Below are positions 50,110-60,908 of a stretch of 64,000 bases of DNA, piece after piece. Each line of letters begins with the position of its first letter. Position 1 is the stretch's first letter. The notes beneath the pieces were generated by a model. It did not search any database, had not been told where the DNA came from, and worked only from the letters and a program-made list of their open reading frames with translations. The translations under genes and the position numbers were made by a program. The DNA is from Nostoc sp. DedSLP01 (GTDB lineage: Bacteria; Cyanobacteriota; Cyanobacteriia; Cyanobacteriales; Nostocaceae): positions 32,001 through 96,000 of the forward strand of contig JAVRCJ020000017.1 of NCBI GenBank assembly GCA_034530875.2. Reading direction: 5' to 3'.

Positions 50110-50973
50110 CTAACCAACTTCTAAACTTGTCACAGCAAATACACGATTTATAGGCAAGTTAGGAATTTCTTTACTGTACATCCGAGCGACTTCAGAGACT
50201 GGCTTCATCCGGTAACGTTGAGCCAGCTTAGTCGCTTCTGAATTAGCATCTGGCACATCAAGAAACACTGGAGCATCAGAAGCAAAAGCAAGCAAGGCGA
50301 GTAAGAGTTGTTCGGCAATCTGTTCATCGTCAGCATTCAACGGCCCAATTCGGAAACCTATGTGGCTTTTGCGGATGACTCCATAACCAACAACACGCTC
50401 ATCTCTAACAACTCCTAAAGCAGAACTGTTTGGTTGCTCGATCCAAAGTTTTAGAAACTGCTTGCGCTCAGCCGGAAAAAGCTCTCGGTCGTAAGCAACT
50501 AAGCGATCGAAAGGCACAGTTTTGAGTTCTACAATGCCGTCCGGCGCAACGCCGCCGCCTACAGCCTGATAACGAATATGACGGTAGGTGATTTGAAAAC
50601 CTGATTTCTGGTAATTCGGTTGTTGAGCAACCACTCCATCTATGCTTATGTTACGCTCAGTACCAAGATAAGCCATTGCTGCCCTCCACATTTTCATGCC
50701 AAAACCTCGCCCACGAAACTGGGGTTTGACAATATAAAAGCCAATAACGGCAAAGTGCTTAGAGTAAGCAACAGCAGAAATACTTGCTACAAGTTCATTG
50801 TTCAATTCCCCCACGAAAAAACCGCATCGATCGGCTTGGTAAAAACATTCAGCATCATAAGTTCCCGGATTCCAGCCTTCAAATGCTGCCCAATCAATTA
50901 CCAAATCTAATTCTGACCTCTTCATTGGTCGAACTGTAAAATTGTCCATTGTCATTGGTGCGATCGCGGTCAT
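50110..50973 (-). CDS. GNAT-family N-acetyltransferase (YitH-like two-domain)
   Basis: EGWNPG, YIVKPQFRGRGFG and RIGPL. Confidence 0.88.
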   Translation of the reverse strand: MTAIAPMTMDNFTVRPMKRSELDLVIDWAAFEGWNPGTYDAECFYQADRCGFFVGELNNELVASISAVAYSKHFAVIGFYIVKPQFRGRGFGMKMWRAAMAYLGTERNISIDGVVAQQPNYQKSGFQITYRHIRYQAVGGGVAPDGIVELKTVPFDRLVAYDRELFPAERKQFLKLWIEQPNSSALGVVRDERVVGYGVIRKSHIGFRIGPLNADDEQIAEQLLLALLAFASDAPVFLDVPDANSEATKLAQRYRMKPVSEVARMYSKEIPNLPINRVFAVTSLEVG

Positions 50974-51233
50974 AATATTTTATTGTGGAGTGATAAAACA
51001 GTAGGACTTACATATTGATAAATTAGCGTAGATGTGTAGTAAGCGATAATGAGAAAGGTCATACTCTCCAATTAGCCGATCGCTAATCACCAGTGCCTTG
51101 GGAACATGGATAATATCTATGTTGCTCAATTTGGGGTTCAAAGTATCAGAACCACTAGCAAGGCATTAACTGCCAAGTGTGACTTGAACACTTACACTTT
51201 TTTTCTCCTGGCGGAAACAAAATTGTCTGGGAA

Positions 51234-52298
51234 TTATTTAACAAATATTAATCCACTATATAGCTGAAAAGCTGGATCCCAATTAGTCTCTTCTCTACGA
51301 TATAGGTGAATATGAGATTTAATTTGGCTCAGCATTTCTGTTTGATCTAATGTTGTATCTGCAAAGGATGTGAAATCTGACCAAGTTTTGACTTGAGGTA
51401 GTTGTTGGTCAATCCAATTTGATAAACTATTCCAATTAATTCTGATTGTATTTTGGCTAGCTTGAGAAATAATTTCTAAACCTTGTTGAAATTCATACTC
51501 GCTATCGCACAGTCGCAGAATACAATGTCTACCTGGTAGGTGTAAATCGCAAAACTGAGCATAGTCTTGTGTTTGAGTTTTCCATTCCAGCTTCCGACGA
51601 GCATCAACATCTACAACTTGTTCAAAAATTGGCAAAAGTCCTACTACTCGTGCTGTAACTTCTGACCAATTAAAAGTTAAAGAACCGAGTTGGTTTGCTT
51701 GATTGCAACAAACAACAGTAGCTTTTTGTTGAGATTCTGAAAAATATTTGACTTGAAAAACTTGAATTTGTTGAATGGCTTTTATTGTTGTCCAAAAACA
51801 GGGAATACCAGCTTGTTGTAGCTGTTCGCCGTAAAATTTTAGTTCTCCCACTTGTCCGGTGCGGTATAGTCTCCAGCCACGACTCGGTAGCAACAACCGT
51901 GCGCTGTAAGGATCGATTTGCATAATCTCGGCAAATTTTCGAGATGCTTCTGTTTTAAGTTCGTTATTAAGAGGTTCTAAAACTAGTACGCCAAGTTCGA
52001 TGTTGCTGGGTTCCGATATTGCTTTAGCAATAGCTCTTTGTCTTTCTTCTTGCTCAATTTCTTGCAGGCGCCACAAAGCTTGTCGTGCTAGCGTCACGAT
52101 TCTAGTATTCCTCGTATCTCGCAGCAGTTGCCGATAAATTTTTTCCGCATCTTGGTACTTGCCAGATACTTCATGCAACCGACCGATATAAAATTGCACC
52201 CAAGGATGTTCTGGCGATTCTTTTTGCAGCTGTTTGAGTAATTTAGCAGCTGTTTGATAGTCTTTATTGTCAAAGGCGATCGCAACTTGCTCAATCAT
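51234..52298 (-). CDS. TPR-containing hypothetical protein
   Basis: N-terminal TPR-like helices (DYQTAAKLL..., YQDAEKIYRQLL). ATG 52298 preferred. Confidence 0.75.
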   Translation of the reverse strand: MIEQVAIAFDNKDYQTAAKLLKQLQKESPEHPWVQFYIGRLHEVSGKYQDAEKIYRQLLRDTRNTRIVTLARQALWRLQEIEQEERQRAIAKAISEPSNIELGVLVLEPLNNELKTEASRKFAEIMQIDPYSARLLLPSRGWRLYRTGQVGELKFYGEQLQQAGIPCFWTTIKAIQQIQVFQVKYFSESQQKATVVCCNQANQLGSLTFNWSEVTARVVGLLPIFEQVVDVDARRKLEWKTQTQDYAQFCDLHLPGRHCILRLCDSEYEFQQGLEIISQASQNTIRINWNSLSNWIDQQLPQVKTWSDFTSFADTTLDQTEMLSQIKSHIHLYRREETNWDPAFQLYSGLIFVK

Positions 52299-52351
52299 GT
52301 TTAAATGCACCCTAGAGAAATATCTCACATTCTGCGTGAGCTATAACTCAT

Positions 52352-53080
52352 TTATACTTCACAAGCTGCGGTAATCAAGGATAATGCTACCACTGGCGCT
52401 GTCACTGCTCTGAGGATACGACGACCAAGGGAAACAGGTTGAAATCCAACTGCGATCGCATTTTGAACTTCTTGCTTTGTCCATCCGCCTTCTGGCCCGG
52501 TAGCGATGACAATTGTTTCTTGTTTTTTATTTTGTAAACAATCTCTTAAATGGGGAAATTCACCACGAGCCACACAAATATATTGCTGGCTATTCACCAA
52601 TGATAAATTACTAATGGCTGATGACAAACCTGTGCTAAAAGTAACAGGTTCTAAAATTGTTGGTACTAAGGAACGTTCTGATTGTTCGGCGGCTTCTGCG
52701 GCGATGCGGCGCCAGCGTTCGAGTTTTTGGGGGCTGGGATGAAGCAAAGTGCGATCGCTCAATACTGGTGCAATACAAGTTACTCCCAATTCGGTACAGC
52801 AGCGCACGATTTCATCGAATCCATTGCCTTTGGGCAACGCCACTATCAGCGTAATCGATATAGGTAGCTCAGTTTCTACTGAGATGGATTCTAAAACTTG
52901 TGCTTGTTCCCCTGCTAACTGTACCAACCATGATTTTCCTTTACCGTCCATTGCAATAAAGCGATCGCCTTCACGCAAGCGCAACACCCGCGTCAGATAA
53001 TGTTGTTGTTCTTTAGCCAGCAAAATTTGTTGTTGTTGGAGTTGGGAAGGAGCGATCGCAATTCTTTGCAGTTGAGACAT
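52352..53080 (-). CDS. rsmE: 16S rRNA (uracil1498-N3)-methyltransferase
   Basis: HYLTRVLRL, TELGV, EAAEQSER, GPEGG and LGRRILRA. Confidence 0.95.
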   Translation of the reverse strand: MSQLQRIAIAPSQLQQQQILLAKEQQHYLTRVLRLREGDRFIAMDGKGKSWLVQLAGEQAQVLESISVETELPISITLIVALPKGNGFDEIVRCCTELGVTCIAPVLSDRTLLHPSPQKLERWRRIAAEAAEQSERSLVPTILEPVTFSTGLSSAISNLSLVNSQQYICVARGEFPHLRDCLQNKKQETIVIATGPEGGWTKQEVQNAIAVGFQPVSLGRRILRAVTAPVVALSLITAACEV

Positions 53081-53094
53081 TTTTTTTGAATAAA

Positions 53095-53736
53095 CTACTT
53101 TGCTGTAGACATCTGTTGTCTAACCCAGCTACGGAAAGCACGAGTGGCTGCTATTTGTCCTATTTTCTTGCTTTCTTGGATAAATCGCGGAATTTCTGTC
53201 ACCAGAACGGGTGCAAAAGTTGGGCTAGTTTCACTCTGCGAATATTGCCCATTATTAAGGGTGTAAATTCTCAACACAGTTCCGTTATACCGCCAAAATT
53301 CTGGAACTCCCATTGCAGCATAAAGAATTAACTTATTTATTTTGGATTTGGAATATTCTACTTCTAATAACAAGTCTGGTGGTGGATCTATATTCAGGTC
53401 AATATTTTCTTTGTTACGGACTAAGAATTCATTTTGAATATAAAAACTACTGTCAGGTTCGGCTGCTTGCTCTAAATCATCCCGCGTCATAGTCAATGAA
53501 CCAGCGCTTTTAACTTCTAAACCAAATTCTTCGCACAACACAAGAACAAAACCCTCAATCAGACGGTTTGAATTCTCGTGCGGCATCAGCGGGTTCATAA
53601 TTTCTACTATTCCGTTGTCATAAGCTAGCCTTTTATTTCTCTCACATCCCATATCTGCCAGCATCGCTTTGAACGTTTGCCAGCTGATGTTTTGCAGCAC
53701 ATCCCTAGTTTCTGCCAATTTTGCTGTGCTTACCAT
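53095..53736 (-). CDS. Uma2-family endonuclease-like protein
   Basis: ISWQTF, EPDSSFY, PPDLLLEVE and GVPEFWRY. Confidence 0.9.
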   Translation of the reverse strand: MVSTAKLAETRDVLQNISWQTFKAMLADMGCERNKRLAYDNGIVEIMNPLMPHENSNRLIEGFVLVLCEEFGLEVKSAGSLTMTRDDLEQAAEPDSSFYIQNEFLVRNKENIDLNIDPPPDLLLEVEYSKSKINKLILYAAMGVPEFWRYNGTVLRIYTLNNGQYSQSETSPTFAPVLVTEIPRFIQESKKIGQIAATRAFRSWVRQQMSTAK

Positions 53737-53790
53737 AGTTCAGTTTTCCTGTGGATGTGTTGCCTAACTATAAATTAGGACTTATGCGAG

Positions 53791-53824
53791 AGAGACACAG
53801 ATAAATCTATCTGTGTCTCTTTTT
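53791..53824. terminator. 13-bp perfect hairpin downstream of sir
   Basis: agagacacagata-aatc-tatctgtgtctct. The T-run lies on the + side. Confidence 0.55.
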
Positions 53825-53850
53825 AATTCCATTATCTTCAATTTTCCAGC

Positions 53851-55764
53851 TTACGAAAGATTCTGGAAGTAAACCTCTAAGGCTTCGGTTACCAACTGAG
53901 TCATTGGCTTACCTTGGCTTTCGGATACTTCCTTCAACTTACCGTAAATATCAGCTTTCAGATTTACCCGATGGCGCGATTTGTTTGCACTATTAAATGT
54001 CCCAGGTTCGTAAGTGGCGCTAAATTCGCGGATGGCATCCAAACCAACGCGATCGCAAAAATCACCAAAGCTTTCTTTCGATTTCTTTGATTTCTTAAAG
54101 TAGACAAAGATTGGCTCTAGGACGCTTTCCAAGTCGTTATGGTGCAGCTTATCCACGTAAGGTTGTGCCAGTCGCGTCTGATTTGGCGTACCCCCCAACC
54201 ACAATTGGTAACTTTCTGGGGCGCTACCCACCAAACCCAATTCTGCCATGTAGGGACGAGCGCAGCCGTTAGGACAGCCTGTCATTCTTACTACAAAATG
54301 TTCTTTTTGTAAACCCACTTTATTTAATAAACCGCGAACTCGCTGTATAATCCCTGGTATTGCGCGTTCTGATTCGGTAATTGCCAAGCCGCAGGTAGGT
54401 AAAGCTGGGCAAGCCATTGAGTAGCGTTCTAAAGGTTCGATTTTACTAGCGTCAGAAACGACACCGTGACGGCTGAGAATTTCGTCGATGGTTTCTTTAT
54501 TAGCTGGTTCGATATCGTAAAAAATCAAATTTTGGTGGGGAGTCAAGCGGATGGGCAAGTTAAATTGCTCGACAATTTCCCGTAAAGCGGTTTTCAGTTG
54601 AAACGAACCTTCATCTTTGATGCGACCATTGTCAATGGAAATTCCTAAAAATAGCTTGCCATCGCCTTGTTCGTTCCAGCCCAGGAAGTCGTGATATTTG
54701 AATTGTGGCAGTGATTTGAAGGGCGTGAGTGGTTTGCCAAAGTATTTTTCCACTTGGTCGCGAAATTTATCTACACCCCAATCATTGATAAGATACTTTA
54801 ATCTGGCGTGACGGCGGTCAGTGCGATCGCCATAATCTCTTTGGGTGGCTACAATCGCTTTCACTATGTCGTAAACATCTTCTTTGGCTACATAGCAAAT
54901 TGGATCTGCAAGCCTAGCGAAAGTTTCTTCTTTATTGTGCGTTCTGCCTAAGCCACCGCCAGCAAAGACATCAAATCCTTCTAATTCTCCCTTCTTATTG
55001 GTAATTACCACCAACGTTAGGTCTTGAGAATATAAATCTATCGAATTATCTCCCGCTACAGTCACGCCAACTTTGAACTTGCGGGGCATGTAGTGAGTGC
55101 CGTAAATCGGTTCTTCGTTATCGTGAATAATTGTGCCATTGCCATTGCGCGATCGCGCTGCCGTCACCTCTGGATTTTCAGCACTAATTGCCTTTTCGCC
55201 ATCTAACCAAATCTCGTAATAAGCACCTGTTTGTGGTGAAAGCAAATCAGCAACATTTTGGGCATATTCCCAAGCATACTGGTACTCTGGGCGATTTTTG
55301 AACGGCGCTGGAGGAGCCATCACGTTGCGGTTAACGTCGCCGCAAGCCGCCAAAGTCGAACCCAGGTTATTGACAATGGTGGCAATTGCTGTCTTCAGAT
55401 TCTTCTTTAAAATTCCGTGCAATTGGAAACCTTGGCGAGTAGTGGCTCGTAATGTCTGGTTACCATACTCATCAGCCAATTTATCTAAAGCCAGATACAG
55501 CTGCGGCGGTACCAAACCACCAGGGTTTTTTGTCCGCAGCATAAACTGGTAATCTTTCTCCTGTCCCTTAGTGCGGTTGTCGCGGTTATCCTGTTGATAA
55601 GAGCCGTGAAACTTCAACAGCTGCACAGCATGTTCGCTAAAATGAGTAGTATCTTCAAGAAGCTCAGTTGCTACAGGTTCGCGTAAAAAATTACTATTCT
55701 CTTTAATTACTTCTACTTTAGAAGGCTTACGGCTAGCGACGGGGGAAGGAGCAGTATTAACCAT
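53851..55764 (-). CDS. sir: ferredoxin-dependent sulfite reductase
   Basis: [31 protein letters not shown] and TGCPNGC siroheme/Fe-S ligands. Confidence 0.95.
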   Translation of the reverse strand: MVNTAPSPVASRKPSKVEVIKENSNFLREPVATELLEDTTHFSEHAVQLLKFHGSYQQDNRDNRTKGQEKDYQFMLRTKNPGGLVPPQLYLALDKLADEYGNQTLRATTRQGFQLHGILKKNLKTAIATIVNNLGSTLAACGDVNRNVMAPPAPFKNRPEYQYAWEYAQNVADLLSPQTGAYYEIWLDGEKAISAENPEVTAARSRNGNGTIIHDNEEPIYGTHYMPRKFKVGVTVAGDNSIDLYSQDLTLVVITNKKGELEGFDVFAGGGLGRTHNKEETFARLADPICYVAKEDVYDIVKAIVATQRDYGDRTDRRHARLKYLINDWGVDKFRDQVEKYFGKPLTPFKSLPQFKYHDFLGWNEQGDGKLFLGISIDNGRIKDEGSFQLKTALREIVEQFNLPIRLTPHQNLIFYDIEPANKETIDEILSRHGVVSDASKIEPLERYSMACPALPTCGLAITESERAIPGIIQRVRGLLNKVGLQKEHFVVRMTGCPNGCARPYMAELGLVGSAPESYQLWLGGTPNQTRLAQPYVDKLHHNDLESVLEPIFVYFKKSKKSKESFGDFCDRVGLDAIREFSATYEPGTFNSANKSRHRVNLKADIYGKLKEVSESQGKPMTQLVTEALEVYFQNLS

Positions 55765-56082
55765 TAGAGTTGTATAGGATTCTCAATAAAGCATTCGTGG
55801 ACGCCGAAGTAGCAAGATTTTATCGTTTCGGCTGATTGATCCCCGGTAATCCGGCCGGAATAATGAGGAATATTTTGATTTTAACACGCCAAAAGTCGGC
55901 TTTTTCAGTAATGTAAGACTTAACAAAAGCTGCTCTTGAGAGTGCCGAGTGCTGAGTAAAGTATAGAGTGATTGAAGGCTCTGAAGTTCACCTTGATGAT
56001 TAAAATTAATTAATTTAACGGCAAAATAGTTTGTTCTCGATAACTATAACAGTTTTGAGTTGACTGAAGTACGCGCAATAAA

Positions 56083-56108
56083 TAGGGTAGCACAGTTGTG
56101 CTACCCTA
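56083..56108 (-). terminator. perfect hairpin (REP-like or terminator) downstream of the beta-barrel gene
   Basis: tagggtagcaca-gt-tgtgctacccta, followed by TTTATT on the minus strand. Confidence 0.55.
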
Positions 56109-56230
56109 CTGTCAATATTTATTCTCAGTCAGATGATAATGAGGAAGTTTGTTTTCACTCACCTATGAGTCGCAGCTAAGGTTTGCTTGAATCTAAACTT
56201 TAGTTGGCTGAAGAATATTTTGGTAATTTT

Positions 56231-56773
56231 TTATTTGAAGCTATAGCCAATACCAGCGTTGATACTAACAGCAGGAGTATCGCTATTTTGATAAGCATTA
56301 ATTCCTACTTTAGTATTAGTATAGACGAGGAAATTTTTAGCAACTTCCGATTCAACACCAGCGCCTAATACGACTGCATCTTTGTTACCTATAGGAGTTG
56401 GCGAACCATCTTTTTCTACAAAAGAATAACCACCAGTTAAATATGCATTAGTTTTATTAGCAATGGGTACATCTAAAGAAACTTCTGGAATAATGGCACT
56501 GGTTTTATCGCTCCAAAGAACATTTCCCCGTGCAGAAAAAGGTGTATTTCCTAATTTCAAGCGACCTGTGACATTACCACCAAATTTCGCATCATCGTTG
56601 GTACCTGGCTGTCCGCCGCTGGTGACGCCAGCTGCAATACCAGCACCAACATAACTAGCATCAGTACCCTTTTTGGTTTCGGCAGATGCTTGACCTGGTG
56701 ATAGAAGAACAGGAGCAACTACTAAAGAAGATAATGCAGAAATTGTGAGAACAGACTTGAGTAAGCGTTGCAT
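56231..56773 (-). CDS. small outer-membrane beta-barrel protein
   Basis: Signal peptide, SYVGAG, alternating beta strands and C-terminal GIGYSFK. Confidence 0.75.
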   Translation of the reverse strand: MQRLLKSVLTISALSSLVVAPVLLSPGQASAETKKGTDASYVGAGIAAGVTSGGQPGTNDDAKFGGNVTGRLKLGNTPFSARGNVLWSDKTSAIIPEVSLDVPIANKTNAYLTGGYSFVEKDGSPTPIGNKDAVVLGAGVESEVAKNFLVYTNTKVGINAYQNSDTPAVSINAGIGYSFK

Positions 56774-57164
56774 AATTTTGACAATTTTTTGTATTGTTTA
56801 CTGTTATATTCCCAGTCGAAAGCTGAGTAAAAATGTTCCAGATAATTCTGGAATTTTCTTAAGTAGCTGTTGCGATCGCTGCACCAGAGTTAAGGAGTAA
56901 TTAAATGAATAACTTGGAACAAAATGTTATAATTACGCTTACTTTTTCGAGGTTTTCAGTTTTTATATTTAAAAAGAGACGCTTTGAAAAGTGGCATAGG
57001 TATGGGAACTAAAAATTAGCTGTAATCCAGTCAAACAATAGTCAATCACATGACTTTATCCGAGCTGTTCGCAGGCGATCGAAAAGTAGCATGTAGCATC
57101 TGTGTCAACAAGCGAGAGAGTAAATCTATAAACTTAATTTTTAGCAATTATTGGAGATTAAATA

Positions 57165-58106
57165 ATGCTAACCGCTGCAAAAACGTTGTCTGGTTTGATG
57201 GGTTTATGTGTCGGTGATGCATTGGGTGTGCCAGTGGAGTTTACTAGCCGTGCAGAACGAATTAAATCTCCAGTGACAACAATGTTGGGTTATGGCACAT
57301 GGAATCAACCGCCGGGAACTTGGTCAGATGACAGTTCTTTGAGCTTCTGCTTGGCAGAAAGTCTTTGTAGGGGGTATTCGCTGGAAGCCATAGCTAATTC
57401 CTTCTGGCGCTGGTACAAGGAGGCTTACTGGACTCCCCGAGGCGATGTCTTTGATATCGGTCAAACGACTCACACAGCGCTGATGCGGTTGAAACAGGGA
57501 GTTGTACCCCATCAAGCGGGGGGGAAAGTTGAAAATACTAATGGCAATGGTTCGTTGATGAGAATCTTGCCAATGGCTTATTGTCATAGAAACTTAACTT
57601 TAGGCGAATTGATAGCGCGGGTGCATGATGTTTCAGCGATTACTCATGCCCATGCGCGATCGCAAATGGCCTGCGGCATTTATATTAGTATTGCAGTTTG
57701 CTTGTTAGAAGGTGCTGACCCCCAAACCGCTTATCTCCAAGGATTACAAGATATCCAGCAAATTTATTCCGTCCGAGAATTTTTATTAGAAAAGCCGCAT
57801 TTTGGCAGGGTTTTCAGCGGTGAGATTGCCAAATTACCAGTAGAAGAGATTAATTCTGGTGGCTACGTGATTGATACCTTAGAATCATCCCTGTGGTGTT
57901 TGTTAAATAGCTCGTCTTATTCTGAAGCGGTACTCAAAGCTGTTAACTTAGGCGGAGATACAGATACTACCGCCGCCGTCACAGGAGGGTTAGCCGGAAT
58001 TTACTACGGCGTAGAAAATATTCCCCGACAATGGATAAATCAAATTGCCCGCAAACAAGACATTATCTACTTGGCAGAACGTTTTGCTAGGGCTGTTTAT
58101 AGTTGA
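57165..58106 (+). CDS. ADP-ribosylglycohydrolase (DraG/ARH family)
   Basis: GDALGVPVE, WSDDS, GNGSLMR and GGDTDT. Confidence 0.93.
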   Translation: MLTAAKTLSGLMGLCVGDALGVPVEFTSRAERIKSPVTTMLGYGTWNQPPGTWSDDSSLSFCLAESLCRGYSLEAIANSFWRWYKEAYWTPRGDVFDIGQTTHTALMRLKQGVVPHQAGGKVENTNGNGSLMRILPMAYCHRNLTLGELIARVHDVSAITHAHARSQMACGIYISIAVCLLEGADPQTAYLQGLQDIQQIYSVREFLLEKPHFGRVFSGEIAKLPVEEINSGGYVIDTLESSLWCLLNSSSYSEAVLKAVNLGGDTDTTAAVTGGLAGIYYGVENIPRQWINQIARKQDIIYLAERFARAVYS

Positions 58107-58205
58107 GGGGAGTAGGGAGTAGGGAGTGGGGGAGCAGGGGAGACAGGGGAAAAGGTTAAAGGGAAAAGGTAAAAGGAATAAATTTAATCTTTCCCCTTTC
58201 CCCAT
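58107..58205. repeat. STRR/purine-rich repeats between convergent genes
   Basis: gggagta x2, ggggag units and ggaaaagg units, pairing with tttccccttt. Confidence 0.65.
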
Positions 58206-58230
58206 TCTAATGCCCGATGCCTTATACCCA

Positions 58231-59235
58231 TTAAACAGTAGACAAAGAGTAAACTTGCCCATCAATTAACAATCGCGTAATTCCCTTGGCTTGGAGATGA
58301 GTACGAGCCTTATGGAGCATTTTACTATCAGGAACTTTAATCACGCGATCGCGTTTGGTAGAGAAGCGCTTGGCTACGCGATGATTATCAAAGACGGGTA
58401 AAGTTCTTTGCTGGGTTTCTAGGTTGGGAATTTGCCCTAAATCTCCAAAGTCCTTGAGAGGCCGGGTAATTAATTCCGAGGAACGGTCAATCACCAAATA
58501 GCAAGTTTTCGGCAAAGGAGCTGCCGATAGTGGTAAAACTTGAACTGATGCTTCACCTGGTCTGCGTCTTGTGACTAGAGGCCTTGGTTCGTCAAAATCA
58601 TCTTCCTCCTCGTCATCTTCCTCCTCAAAATCATCATCTTCTAAATCATCATCTTCTAGATCGTCCAAATCTTCTGACTCGTCTAGCAAGTCTTCTCCCA
58701 ACATCTGTGCTATGACAGTTACCTCTGGACGCTCATCCTTGAGTATGGGGCTAGGGATACTCGCTATTTCCAGCGGTTTTGGTTGTGGAGTTTCTGATTT
58801 TTCTGTGACTCGTAGCTTTGGTTTTTCCGTCGCTGAGGTGCGCCGCCGTACCCGTCTGCTAGCAGCTGACTCGTCGTCGTCATCGCCAGCATCTTCTGAG
58901 TAGGGTTCTTGTTCTATTACACGACGTACCTGCGGTGGTTCAATTTCTACCACTTTCGGCTGGCTGTCGCTAGGTGGAACTTCGATTTCTGGCTCTGGTT
59001 GACTCAGCAGCGGTAACTGCTCGTAGCTGACCTGTGCCCTACCCTCAGGAGTTCTAGCAGCCCGCTTTAAAGATACCAAGTATTCATACTCGTCTTCAGG
59101 CAAAGTGCTTTTGAGCAGGCGACTAATTGTCGAGTTACTTACGCCATAACGGTCTGCCAAGGTTGAGGTTGTTTCGGCACTTTCTCGATATAACTTGAGA
59201 ATTTCTTGTTTGTCAGAATCTGTTAGTTTTCTCAC
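58231..59235 (-). CDS. hypothetical protein with N-terminal HTH, acidic linker and folded C-terminal domain
   Basis: LADRYGVSNSTISRLLK HTH, a D/E-rich tract and LPKTCYLVIDR...LPVFDNHRVAKRF. GTG 59235 preferred. Confidence 0.75.
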   Translation of the reverse strand: MRKLTDSDKQEILKLYRESAETTSTLADRYGVSNSTISRLLKSTLPEDEYEYLVSLKRAARTPEGRAQVSYEQLPLLSQPEPEIEVPPSDSQPKVVEIEPPQVRRVIEQEPYSEDAGDDDDESAASRRVRRRTSATEKPKLRVTEKSETPQPKPLEIASIPSPILKDERPEVTVIAQMLGEDLLDESEDLDDLEDDDLEDDDFEEEDDEEEDDFDEPRPLVTRRRPGEASVQVLPLSAAPLPKTCYLVIDRSSELITRPLKDFGDLGQIPNLETQQRTLPVFDNHRVAKRFSTKRDRVIKVPDSKMLHKARTHLQAKGITRLLIDGQVYSLSTV

Positions 59236-59256
59236 GGTAGATACCAAAAATCTTTG

Positions 59257-60108
59257 CTAAGCTCGTTTTCGTGTACTGGTACGCCGCGTTCGTCTCAGTG
59301 ATGCGTCATATTCTAGGGCAGCGCCCATACCAAATAACACTCCACTAAACACCCAAAACACTTCTAATATCTCCCCGCTTTGATAATTGGGCCCTTGGGC
59401 GTATTTGAACCACATATCTGCAATGTAGAGCGAAAAGGCTGCTGCGGCAATCATTCGCCAAGACTGGGAAACTCTTCCTCCCCAAAAAGCTAATAGTAGA
59501 GTGGTAGCAATAATTAACAAAACTACGTCGCTAACTACATAAAACCAATTCAAAATAGCGACTAACAGTTCTGAGGGTGTTCCCTGTTGCATGGAAATCC
59601 ACCATGCTAACAAACTACCGAATAGAGCAATTGCTAACACAATTAGCCATTGCCATTTTTCCAGATTGATTCGCCTGGAAGCCACAGCTAAAATCATGCC
59701 TGCGCCTAATAACAGATAACTCAATACAAAAAATATATCGCCTAAAGACACATCCGGTTCTTCTTTTAAAACTATTTCCGTGTACCCGAAAATTATTCCT
59801 CCAATGAAATAGGAAAGCATACCTAAGCCAATGGAGAGCCAAACATTCCGGCCACTGACGATTTGCGGACTAAGCCAGTTTCTCAAGCATAAGATACCAG
59901 CGCCCAAATAAGCTAAAGCTTCAAAAATATTTGTGCCAATCACATACCACTCGGCTCGGCTTTCTATGCCATCGGCTCCAGGAATTTTGGCACTAAATAG
60001 CAAAAAGTATAACAGTGCCAGTACTGCCCAACCAATATTAGCCAAAACAATGTTCTGAGTGTTGAAAATGGTTTTAGAAACCAAGGAGTTGTCGTAAGAG
60101 TTATTCAT
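59257..60108 (-). CDS. multi-pass membrane hypothetical protein
   Basis: About eight hydrophobic segments and a basic C-terminal tail. Confidence 0.7.
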   Translation of the reverse strand: MNNSYDNSLVSKTIFNTQNIVLANIGWAVLALLYFLLFSAKIPGADGIESRAEWYVIGTNIFEALAYLGAGILCLRNWLSPQIVSGRNVWLSIGLGMLSYFIGGIIFGYTEIVLKEEPDVSLGDIFFVLSYLLLGAGMILAVASRRINLEKWQWLIVLAIALFGSLLAWWISMQQGTPSELLVAILNWFYVVSDVVLLIIATTLLLAFWGGRVSQSWRMIAAAAFSLYIADMWFKYAQGPNYQSGEILEVFWVFSGVLFGMGAALEYDASLRRTRRTSTRKRA

Positions 60109-60245
60109 AGGGCTTGACTATGTAGATGCACTCTGGCAGTATTTTGAGTTAAGGATTGTATAGTTAGTACTGTGTCTGCTAAGTAATACACAATCTGACA
60201 CTAAAAACAAGTACCAGCAGTAGTAAATTTTGAAAATTTTCCAGA

Positions 60246-60908
60246 CTATTGCCATAGTTTACCCACTGCTGATTGATTTAGCCAACTGATAAACAGCGAT
60301 CGCTCGGCTTCTGGCATGTCTTCTAACTTATAAATCACTTGTTTGGTAAAATTGGCATTGCCGAAATATGACTTGCCCAATCGATGCAATTCTTGCAAAA
60401 GGATAACTACGTGATTTTCTTGCCAAGGAGGTAGTTTGGTTGCAAGCAAAGGATTGTTAGAGATCAAAGATTTAACTGTTTCTGGAGGAGATGCTTGGGG
60501 AAATTGCTTTTGCTGAAATACCTCGGCAATATCTTTCTCAAATAATGCAGCTTGCCTAGCACCCAAAAACTCTTCAATGTCGATAGAAACACCTTGCAAC
60601 AGCAAAACAGTGGCTTGGATCAAAATCCCTGTTTTGCCTTGATTACCACCCGTGTCATTACCCAACTGTTCTAAACGGATTTTACCCCAAACGCTAAAGC
60701 GTTCGGGTTCTTCCAGTAAAACACAGGCTTTACCCCGGTTATCCGTTAATTCTCTCCATAAGGCTCTAGCTTCTTCTTCTTGACTAGCTTTGAAGACACT
60801 AATCAAGCGAAAAGTCTGTCCTTGATAATCTAAAATCGGCACCTGCTGATCCTTTTTTGGGTGCTGAATGCTTGAGATTTCAACATCCTGCCGTTTGAGA
60901 ATAAACAT
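60246..60908 (-). CDS. Npun_F0813-like conserved cyanobacterial protein
   Basis: MFILKRQDVEI...YQGQTFRLI...GKACVLLEEP. A GAGGAG RBS lies upstream. Confidence 0.7.
   Translation of the reverse strand: MFILKRQDVEISSIQHPKKDQQVPILDYQGQTFRLISVFKASQEEEARALWRELTDNRGKACVLLEEPERFSVWGKIRLEQLGNDTGGNQGKTGILIQATVLLLQGVSIDIEEFLGARQAALFEKDIAEVFQQKQFPQASPPETVKSLISNNPLLATKLPPWQENHVVILLQELHRLGKSYFGNANFTKQVIYKLEDMPEAERSLFISWLNQSAVGKLWQ

Noticed and set aside
58571..58903. Ser-rich + strand ORF, and the other short ORFs nested in or antisense to long genes
   Set aside because: Shadow frames of well-supported genes; this one mirrors the Asp/Glu tract.
58231..59247. Possible transposase because of the N-terminal HTH
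   Set aside because: No DDE or HUH catalytic motif, no terminal inverted repeats, and it is closely linked to an upstream gene.
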